From a virus, in the IMG/VR virus record IMGVR_UViG_3300022752_005671, positions 1 through 64,000 of that record: a stretch of 64,000 nt of DNA, one strand, 5' to 3'. The translations under genes and the position numbers were made by a program. The notes beneath the pieces were generated by a model. The model was not told the origin of the DNA. It was given only the letters and a program-made list of their open reading frames with translations, and searched no databases. This document shows, one piece after another, positions 27,216-35,583 of this stretch (positions are counted from its first letter, which is position 1; each line of letters begins with the position of its first letter).

Positions 27216-28099
27216 CAGTAACCCAAGCCTCCGAATGCTATAGAGTCTGTTCCTGTTAGTGTTACATCATCATACATCCATCCACAAGCTGCTGAAACTT
27301 CATTTTCAGAAATATAATTTTCTGTAGATCCAATAAGTTTTAAAACTTCATCTGTCATATCTAATGGTAAATTTGTTGATAATTGTACTTTGGTTGAAGT
27401 ATCATTAAACGGATTAACATAAGTTTTATCGTCATTAAAAAACGCCATGGTTGGAACCTTTTTTGCAGTTCCGACCATATCAACTAAATCCATCCATGGA
27501 GGAATTGAGTAATTTTCTACCTTAGGTTTTAAACTTAATATTCTGCTGTTTGACATTGTTATATCAGAATTTCCATCCATCATCATTCCTTTTACTGAAT
27601 GAGCCTCGAATGGAACATCTATGCTATAAAGCGCTGCAACAGCTCTGATCGTGAGAGGTTCAATTACGCCGTTAAAATTATAATTTTCAGTTTCATCACT
27701 ATCGTGAGTAATAATCGGATATGTAAAAATACTTTCGTTTTGAATATATTTTAAACTATTAAAATACTCTAAATCTTTAAATTCATTTTGCTTTAAAAAA
27801 TTTCTATCAGCTCCATAAAAATTTTTACGTAAAACATGTCCTGGTTCACCGGCATGAATTTTTGTTGAATTTCCTGCATAAAAATGTTTTTCTTGGGTTA
27901 TTTCTACGCCCTGTCTATACCCATCAATTAAAGTTGTGTCGATTGATCCTGTTATCAAATATTGACTTACAGTTGAAGCTTTAATTCTTTCATTTAAGTT
28001 ATCATAATCATTAAGAGAATCATTAAAAAACGTCTTGTCTTTTTTTGGCAAATAATGATAAAAAAATAAAGTTTCTTTATCAGGTTTTGAGTTTATCAT
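27215..28099 (-). CDS. Putative virion structural protein
   Basis: 294 aa, translationally coupled in the structural operon. Confidence 0.5.
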   Translation of the reverse strand: MINSKPDKETLFFYHYLPKKDKTFFNDSLNDYDNLNERIKASTVSQYLITGSIDTTLIDGYRQGVEITQEKHFYAGNSTKIHAGEPGHVLRKNFYGADRNFLKQNEFKDLEYFNSLKYIQNESIFTYPIITHDSDETENYNFNGVIEPLTIRAVAALYSIDVPFEAHSVKGMMMDGNSDITMSNSRILSLKPKVENYSIPPWMDLVDMVGTAKKVPTMAFFNDDKTYVNPFNDTSTKVQLSTNLPLDMTDEVLKLIGSTENYISENEVSAACGWMYDDVTLTGTDSIAFGGLGY

Positions 28100-28137
28100 T
28101 TTTATAGAACCTTTACTTAATATTCATTATATTAAAT

Positions 28138-31100
28138 CTATTTTGATATTTTAGAATCAATAGAATTGATGTTTGAAGGTTTATTTTTTTCTTTTTTCTT
28201 AATGTCTTTAGTCATATTTGTAGAAAACTCATAATTATTAACAGATTTATATTCGTATTTGTGTCTTTCTAGAACATGAGACTCTACTAAAAAGTTTGAT
28301 CCTTTAAATACTGTTTTTCTAGGTACTAGTTGTTCAATAAATGTGCTTATGGATGAATCAAACCATGAATAAAACTCAAAAAAAGCTTTAAAATTTAACT
28401 TACTTTTTAATCTGTTGAAGTAAACATTTCTTAACGTTTCTAATTCTGGATAGTTTGTAGAAAATAGTAATTCTGGTTTTCCGATATAGTTTTGTAATGA
28501 ATCGAATGAAGAAAAGATATTAATTATATCTTTGTTTAATGCATCGACTAATGAAAAATCTATGGAAAACCTAGCGTCATCTATAGGAGATTCTGATCTT
28601 ACAATTTCGTATACAGGAGTTTTTTGAGCCCATCTATTTTTATCAATCAAATCTTCATTTTTGTATCCTCTAACTCTTATTTTTTCGTTTGATATTGATT
28701 CATCAAAATATGGTGATAAATGAGAATATCTAACTATTTCAGGAGTTATGCAGTTTCTATCGACGGGAAATCCGATCCCTGATAAATGCATTTCATTCTC
28801 GCTGAAGTCTAAAAATTTAATTTTTTCATTAGAATCCGCGATAGAGATAGTTTGTTTTGCTAAAGAATCTAATCTTAATCTTTCAAATGATCCAGTTGCA
28901 ATTTTTTCATAATTGTAATTAGTTAAAGGATTATCTACTCCCAATGATTGATAGTTTTTTATGTGTTCGATCCACTCATTTTCTTCAAATGATTTAGACC
29001 AAAACCTGAGTTTCATGGCTTTTCCATCAAAAGCAGTTTGCCTTGTATCATCAGCACAGTTTAATGTGTTATTTAAAAATCTATAAGACGTAGAAGAACC
29101 AGCCGGTATCGTTTGATTAGATCCTAAACAAATAAATGATCCGGACGCATTTGTCGAGTGGGTTAAATCAACTTGTCTAAATGCATTACAATTTAAAGGC
29201 GATGATGATCCTGTAAGTTCATAAAAATAAGAAGATGTATGTAATAGATAACTTATTTCTCCTTCATTCTGTAATCCTGCTCTCAAAAAATAAGAAGATG
29301 ACAAAACTGAATTTATAGAATCGTTTCTTTGGCATCCAAATGAAATATTCCATATATCTCCGTTAAAGATTGCATCTTTAGGCAAATCTAATGATAGGTT
29401 TAATAGAGGAGCAGAAAAGTCGTTACCCGGTCTTAAAAACAATGATATTTTTGGAGAAATTTCATCGTAATAACAAACAAGATTTGTTATAAGTCCTGGA
29501 TTTTGTATTCCTGATCCTGTTACACAAAATCTTGCTAGGCTTTGAGTTAATGAACTTAATTTGACGGTTTTTAAATTATATTTGTAAGAACATTCAAAAG
29601 TCCACGAACCTGAAGTTAATAACCCATCGTTTATAGAATTTGATATACCATGAGGAGAATATACACTTTTTTGAACGAAATTACCCGATGGGTATGGGAA
29701 TCCTATCTCTATTCTAGAGCCTGATAAAAACGGCGAAACAATTAATGATCCAGTTGAAAAATTCACCATTCCAACAGTATCTGTCTTTTGTTCACGAGAA
29801 TTTAGAATGTTTTTATAAGTTGCACCGCCGTATTCTCTAAATCTCATGCTAGAATCTGGTTCGATTCCGATAGAACGAATGAAGGCTTTTATGCTGTGTT
29901 GTGTTCCTTTGGATTTAATTACAGCAGGTAAATTAATCAATATTCTTCTTAATATTTCATGTTGTACTGATTGAAGAGATAACGATTCATTCCCTTTCGT
30001 CAAAGGATCAATATTTTCTGCTGAAATATATTGTTCAACAGTAGAGGAAGTAAAAAGAGGAGGCAAGAAAAAGCCATAATGTTTTGCGATATCAAACAAA
30101 AAATTGTTAGGAATGCTTTTGTTTAGGTCGTAATCTACTGTTTTTAAAGTACTGAATGTATCTAAAAATAATTTAATTTCATCAAAAAATTTCGCCCAAA
30201 TGTAGAGCAAAGACAACATAATTTGAGAATTATTTAATTGACCTTGTCCCGGGATGCCTTGTCCTCCGTATACATCTCCATCTTGAGTTTCTGATTGTAG
30301 GCCGGCATCTGCTGCTCCTTGGACAAGATAATGTTGAGGTACAAGCCTTGTAATGACATTCGGATTAATAGAATCGTAGCTTGAAGCGCTTGTTAGTAAT
30401 TCTAAATTTAATAAGATAACATCTTCTTGAGCTGGAAAAAGAACAGGACAAAAACTGTTCTTTTCATAAATCATATTGCTTGTTTCATCTTCTAAGGCAT
30501 TTTGCCTTAGACTGCCAGTAAAATTTGAAATATAAGCATGTAAAGAATTTCCAGAGCTATCTAAAACTACAGAATTAATTAAATCATTTGTGATAGGAGA
30601 AAGTGGAGGAGGAGGCTCGTTAAATTTATAGTAAAGTTTTAAATCAGGAGTTTGATAAATCGACTTACTCGAGTAAGATGTTTGTTGATCTAACGTTCTT
30701 ACGGAATGAAAAATTCTTAATTCATCCATACTTCCAGACAAAGTTTGTTGAGGAGCAACTGTAGAACCATTTAAGATATAAGATGACCCGCTTCCTATTA
30801 GCAAATCAGCATAATCTATATTCAAGTCTTTAATATTTGTGACAGAAGTAGTTTGCGCGACAAGCGATTCTTTATTGTAAATTTTTAAGTTATGTAATCC
30901 AGAATCTTTATCTAAAACGAAACATAAGTGATTGAATATTCCTTTATCTATGTTTGAAGAAACAGACATAGATGATGATCCGGAAAAAACATCGAATGTT
31001 GTATTAACTATAGAAGTTGATACTGTGGGAGATAACCTAATGCAAAACCCATGATTGTCATTAGAATTAATCTTTTGTAATATTACTTGTGTTCCATCGG

Positions 31101-31653
31101 TCTGAATTTCAGGAATTTTTAATTGCATTTCTATGCTTAAAGATCTGCCGTTTTTTGGATTAATAACAGATGCTTCAGCATTTGTGTTTGTACTTAGGCT
31201 GGGGAATAAAGAGCCAGGTAAATCTTTTACTTCGATGTATGTCCCCTTAGTTGGAGACGTTTCTGACATTTGCGTTCCAGAAAAATGAAGTTGTCCTCGA
31301 AATTTTGGAAATCTATCAAAAACCCATTTATCAAATCCTGTTAAGTTAGAAAAAAAATCTTCGACTTCTTTTCTATTTCCATCAAACGGAAATCCGTTAA
31401 TGATTTGTTCAAATGCTAAATTAACTTTAGCTTCAGCTGACATGAAAAAAGTATGATTTTCAAATTTTGACCAGTCAACGTTTAATTGTTGGGTTGACTT
31501 CAATCCAGTTCCTTGTACAGAATAACCGAATGAATTTTCATTATTGATGTTTGATCCAGAAACGTCTGCAAACGATAATGAAATTGATCTACCACCTGAA
31601 GAAGCAGCGCGCAAAAATGATGGGATATAAGGTGAAGATTTATAGTTTGACAT
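28138..31653 (-). CDS. Large baseplate wedge-like protein with LamG/ConA-like domain(s)
   Basis: FNHLCFV...LLIGSG...GSMDELRIF (LamG); LFDIAKHYGF...ILRRILINLPAVIKSKGT...FREYGG (wedge/tail-protein-I-like segment); lies downstream of the gp6-like gene. Confidence 0.65.
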   Translation of the reverse strand: MSNYKSSPYIPSFLRAASSGGRSISLSFADVSGSNINNENSFGYSVQGTGLKSTQQLNVDWSKFENHTFFMSAEAKVNLAFEQIINGFPFDGNRKEVEDFFSNLTGFDKWVFDRFPKFRGQLHFSGTQMSETSPTKGTYIEVKDLPGSLFPSLSTNTNAEASVINPKNGRSLSIEMQLKIPEIQTDGTQVILQKINSNDNHGFCIRLSPTVSTSIVNTTFDVFSGSSSMSVSSNIDKGIFNHLCFVLDKDSGLHNLKIYNKESLVAQTTSVTNIKDLNIDYADLLIGSGSSYILNGSTVAPQQTLSGSMDELRIFHSVRTLDQQTSYSSKSIYQTPDLKLYYKFNEPPPPLSPITNDLINSVVLDSSGNSLHAYISNFTGSLRQNALEDETSNMIYEKNSFCPVLFPAQEDVILLNLELLTSASSYDSINPNVITRLVPQHYLVQGAADAGLQSETQDGDVYGGQGIPGQGQLNNSQIMLSLLYIWAKFFDEIKLFLDTFSTLKTVDYDLNKSIPNNFLFDIAKHYGFFLPPLFTSSTVEQYISAENIDPLTKGNESLSLQSVQHEILRRILINLPAVIKSKGTQHSIKAFIRSIGIEPDSSMRFREYGGATYKNILNSREQKTDTVGMVNFSTGSLIVSPFLSGSRIEIGFPYPSGNFVQKSVYSPHGISNSINDGLLTSGSWTFECSYKYNLKTVKLSSLTQSLARFCVTGSGIQNPGLITNLVCYYDEISPKISLFLRPGNDFSAPLLNLSLDLPKDAIFNGDIWNISFGCQRNDSINSVLSSSYFLRAGLQNEGEISYLLHTSSYFYELTGSSSPLNCNAFRQVDLTHSTNASGSFICLGSNQTIPAGSSTSYRFLNNTLNCADDTRQTAFDGKAMKLRFWSKSFEENEWIEHIKNYQSLGVDNPLTNYNYEKIATGSFERLRLDSLAKQTISIADSNEKIKFLDFSENEMHLSGIGFPVDRNCITPEIVRYSHLSPYFDESISNEKIRVRGYKNEDLIDKNRWAQKTPVYEIVRSESPIDDARFSIDFSLVDALNKDIINIFSSFDSLQNYIGKPELLFSTNYPELETLRNVYFNRLKSKLNFKAFFEFYSWFDSSISTFIEQLVPRKTVFKGSNFLVESHVLERHKYEYKSVNNYEFSTNMTKDIKKKEKNKPSNINSIDSKISK

Positions 31654-31664
31654 TTTTTGATTGC

Positions 31665-33200
31665 CTATACATCATTAATTTTAAACGCTGGTGATATGTC
31701 TTTAAATACTTTTTTCGTTTTACCGATGATTAACATTACGTCTATAGTATAACTTCTTTCTTTCATCAAATTTGCACAATCAATAACAAAATACATCCCA
31801 CTTGCATCGCTGCTGATTCTAGTCGATCCATTTATCTCATCAAACGCAAGGATTATTTCATTAGTTAAAATATCTCTTATTTGATAATAAGCTTTACGAA
31901 GAACGATACCAGATAATTCTACTGGTTTTCTTACAAGCTTAATGTATGGAGATGTATGATCAAAAATGTTGACTCTAACGAAAACATTTTCATCTGACTT
32001 GTGCGAATCTTGCAATCCTGAAGTCGTTACAACATAATTTTTAAAATCTATCGCAGAGTTCGAACGTTGCGGCGGATAAACAATTATTTTACTGCCAGTG
32101 AAATATGCAACAGATTCATCTAAAGACAACCAAATAGGCGTGAAAGTGACAGATCCAGAATAAGCAAGCTCTTTATATAAAGTTTGATTTGTTTGCTGGA
32201 TTGTGAAAGAAGCTGAGTATAATCCCGTAGAATAATTTAATCCATCTGAGTGTTGAGATCCAGTAAATATTAAAGAATAATTTCCATTTCCTGAGACAGC
32301 TGTAACCAATTTTAATAGTAAGCTATTGGATCCAGTTATAGACGTCGCGCTTGATCCGCTTGTTATATTCGCCAATTCACCATGAGAATAATTTCTTAAA
32401 AATATTGTTGAGTTTTGATCAAAACGAAGATTTTGAGTATCATCTTGTATTGAATCGTCGTATTTTATAATCAACCTTGGATGTTTTGTAACATCATATG
32501 CAGCTCTACTTGAAAACCTTTTTACGAAGTAAGAATATTGATCTTGCTCTTGAGAAGATTTTAATGATAATCTGAATCCGCTATCTGGTAATACTCCTGC
32601 TAACGTTGCAGAAACTATTTTTGTTACGTTTACGATCAAGTCTTCTTCGCCTGTCGTGAAATGTTGAGTGGCTTCTAGGTTTGATCCTCCAAGCAACGCA
32701 GAAGAAGTGATATAATCACAAATTTCTTCTGCGCCGCCGCCTTTTCCAGATCCTGATAATTCCCAAGCGCTCAATGATGATGCAGACATGAAATTGCAAA
32801 CATCATAATCAGAATAATAAACGACATCTCTTCCTATTCCTTCATCAAAAGATTTTGACAACGGAAATACTGAAACGTCAAAATTTGTTGGAGTCGTTTG
32901 ACCTCCATATACGTCAAAAAGTTTCAATGTGCAGTTAAATGTGTTGTGATTAATGTTGATAGAATTAGAAAAAATTAAATCTTTTAATGGCTGTAAGTCA
33001 AAGTGTAATAGTAATCTGCTTAATTCAAGATTTGGAAGCGAAGAATCATTATTAGTAAATGTTGTTCCATACAATTTAAATAAATCTAACGTTCCAGCTG
33101 CTCCGACGTTTGAACCAGTATGAAATGAACCAGAATTAGCGATTTTTAAAAATCTATTTGTTATATAAGCGTCTTTATCTGCTTTTAAAATTTTATACAT
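31665..33200 (-). CDS. Putative baseplate-associated structural protein
   Basis: 511 aa between the gp6-like and wedge-like genes; beta-rich; KADKDAYITN...SRLLLHFDL. Confidence 0.55.
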   Translation of the reverse strand: MYKILKADKDAYITNRFLKIANSGSFHTGSNVGAAGTLDLFKLYGTTFTNNDSSLPNLELSRLLLHFDLQPLKDLIFSNSININHNTFNCTLKLFDVYGGQTTPTNFDVSVFPLSKSFDEGIGRDVVYYSDYDVCNFMSASSLSAWELSGSGKGGGAEEICDYITSSALLGGSNLEATQHFTTGEEDLIVNVTKIVSATLAGVLPDSGFRLSLKSSQEQDQYSYFVKRFSSRAAYDVTKHPRLIIKYDDSIQDDTQNLRFDQNSTIFLRNYSHGELANITSGSSATSITGSNSLLLKLVTAVSGNGNYSLIFTGSQHSDGLNYSTGLYSASFTIQQTNQTLYKELAYSGSVTFTPIWLSLDESVAYFTGSKIIVYPPQRSNSAIDFKNYVVTTSGLQDSHKSDENVFVRVNIFDHTSPYIKLVRKPVELSGIVLRKAYYQIRDILTNEIILAFDEINGSTRISSDASGMYFVIDCANLMKERSYTIDVMLIIGKTKKVFKDISPAFKINDV

Positions 33201-33201
33201 A

Positions 33202-35037
33202 TCAGAAAGCAGTCCTTCCTATAATGTCAAATTCTGGATATTTAAATTCAAATATTCCGCCTGCTGGAGGATATAAAATTCCTCTTCTTGTGTTATTTTT
33301 AATGTCTAGGCTAACGTCACTATACATTCTTCCATTAACTTTTCCAGACATATTTCTAAACTCTATTTTATTTACAGATATGACTCCTTGAGCCGCGTAA
33401 ATTAAACTTTGTATTTCAGATAAGACAATGGGTTGATCAATATAAAATCTTGTAGTTTGGAATTGAGTTACTAAAGAATTAATAATAGTTTGCAAGACTA
33501 TTTGTTGGTTTAACGAAGGATCGATAACTACGTCAAATTGAAATGACAAATTAACTATTTTTGAATCTAAAATGTCTATCGCGTCTGTTATTAAACGATA
33601 CGGAGCTAAATATTTTCTTATATTTTCTTTTAGCGTATCTGGTGCATGAATTAGTCTAGATGAAGAATTTCTACAAATCAAGAACAATTGCGTCGATAAG
33701 GGATTATCTGGATTTGGTCTTACTGCTACCCTAAATGGCCGTCCGAAGTTTGATGGAATCGAATAAACTCTTGAAAGTAAATCTTCTCTTGTAACTATTC
33801 TTTCTTGAGAATTTCTTATTGACGGTATCAAAGCTTTTAATTCATTTACAGAAAGTGCGTCTTCACCTCCAGCAGCAGATGTTGAGTTGTCACAAGCAAA
33901 ACTTTTTCTTACAAAATTTATTGTTTCAACATTGGGATTTAATGGAAACTCTAACGTTAATCTAGTCACTGTTGTTAAAGAATTAGGAGGAATATTGTGA
34001 CGTAATCCCCCGCCATGTCTATATGTGACGCTTAAAACAGAGTTAGGAGCATAAATTCCTAAAGTTTTTGAATTTAATAATCTAAGGGGATTTACTGATA
34101 CTCTCGAAAATGTTTTTGAGTAAGGAAATGAAATTGCAAAGTCTGAAGGGTCCGGCACTGCATCGTCATCTATGCTCGTATCATCTCCTCCTCCTAAAAT
34201 TATTCTTGTAGAACGTGTTGCAAGATCAACAGACGTAATAAATCTATACGCAGCAGGAACGACCTTTAATGCATCAGATACTTCATTTGAGTCATCTGCC
34301 GTATTAAGAACATTTCTATAAACAACATCATCAGTTAACGATGTAACTTCATAATATGAATTTCCGAAATTATCATCTACTGATAAAACATCTGTAACAT
34401 TAGGCTGCGATAATGAAATCGATTTGAAAGGAACGAACGCTCCTAAATTAAATTTTTCAGTAACTTGCATACCAGAGATGCATAATCCATTTCTGGCCAT
34501 CGTGAAAGTATTTGGAGAACCATTTTGATTTATTTTTCCAACTTTTATTTCTGCAACATAATTTCCAGATGCATCTTTTAAAGCAAAATCTACATCTGCT
34601 AATAACATAAAATCTATCCCGGTTATTGAAGTAAAAACAGAATTTGCTTTTACGATTGGAAGAGAACCAGGACTAGGAATATACTGGTTGTTTGATAATA
34701 TCGCTGGAACTTCTATAAAAAAAGTTGCTTCTACAGTTGCTGGTGATGCGCCTGATATAGGGACGCCGGCAGATCTTATTAATCTCTCAATGTTGTCTGT
34801 TTCAATAGCAGTGTCTGGGTCTAGTTCGTTATACTGATGATCCATATAGAAAGACATTACGTCTCCCGTATATGCCGCCATATCTAGTAACAATCCGCCT
34901 AAAGAAGCTTCTGAAAAATCTTGAATTTTATCAGGATAGTATAATCTCGCGTATTGTACTAAATTTGCGCGCAATGCATCGAAATCTTTTGCAAGATAGC
35001 TTCTATTTCTAAACTGTTTTAATGCTGCTTTTGACAT
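33202..35037 (-). CDS. Baseplate wedge subunit (T4 gp6 / baseplate J-like)
   Basis: YLAKDFDALRANLVQYARLYYPDKIQDFSEASLGGLLLDMAAYTGDVMSFYMD; GGEDALS...QERIVTREDL; follows the gp25-like gene. Confidence 0.88.
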   Translation of the reverse strand: MSKAALKQFRNRSYLAKDFDALRANLVQYARLYYPDKIQDFSEASLGGLLLDMAAYTGDVMSFYMDHQYNELDPDTAIETDNIERLIRSAGVPISGASPATVEATFFIEVPAILSNNQYIPSPGSLPIVKANSVFTSITGIDFMLLADVDFALKDASGNYVAEIKVGKINQNGSPNTFTMARNGLCISGMQVTEKFNLGAFVPFKSISLSQPNVTDVLSVDDNFGNSYYEVTSLTDDVVYRNVLNTADDSNEVSDALKVVPAAYRFITSVDLATRSTRIILGGGDDTSIDDDAVPDPSDFAISFPYSKTFSRVSVNPLRLLNSKTLGIYAPNSVLSVTYRHGGGLRHNIPPNSLTTVTRLTLEFPLNPNVETINFVRKSFACDNSTSAAGGEDALSVNELKALIPSIRNSQERIVTREDLLSRVYSIPSNFGRPFRVAVRPNPDNPLSTQLFLICRNSSSRLIHAPDTLKENIRKYLAPYRLITDAIDILDSKIVNLSFQFDVVIDPSLNQQIVLQTIINSLVTQFQTTRFYIDQPIVLSEIQSLIYAAQGVISVNKIEFRNMSGKVNGRMYSDVSLDIKNNTRRGILYPPAGGIFEFKYPEFDIIGRTAF

Positions 35038-35047
35038 TTTTTAATCT

Positions 35048-35512
35048 TTATGTGACGTACATTGATATTTCAAGAGCTTTTTCTCTTATTGCCGCAGATG
35101 GAACGTCATAAGTTATTTTTATTTTTACAATACCTACTTCTTCATTTTCTTGTCTATCAATAGAAGATGAAAAATTTTTCAAACTTACGAAAGGCATCCA
35201 TTTTGAAACAGAATTTCTTATTCTTGCAATCGCTTCTTCATCAAATGAGTCAATGTTCGTAAATTCAGAAGTTAATTCCTTTAGATTTGCTCCAAATTCA
35301 TAAAATCCTAATCTATCACCCCAGTTTGTTAGAAGTAAATTTTTTAAATTATCTTGAATTTGATCGCCTAGATCATAATGCATCGCAAAGATGTTTTTAT
35401 CATCTAATCTTAAAGGAGTTTTAATTCCAATAGGCAGTTGAAATGGAGGTATAAGCTCTTCTTGAATAGTAGAAGCAGTTTTTCCTACACTTTTAAACTT
35501 ATAAACAGACAT
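35048..35512 (-). CDS. Baseplate wedge protein, GPW/gp25 family
   Basis: QIQDNLKNLLLTNWGDRLGFYEFGANLKEL...IRNSVSKWMPFVSL...IKITY. Confidence 0.9.
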   Translation of the reverse strand: MSVYKFKSVGKTASTIQEELIPPFQLPIGIKTPLRLDDKNIFAMHYDLGDQIQDNLKNLLLTNWGDRLGFYEFGANLKELTSEFTNIDSFDEEAIARIRNSVSKWMPFVSLKNFSSSIDRQENEEVGIVKIKITYDVPSAAIREKALEISMYVT

Positions 35513-35583
35513 GGTATCATCGGTAAATATAACATGAATGTTTCTTCATGACCGTAAATTAATATGTATGAATTTTTTGTTGG

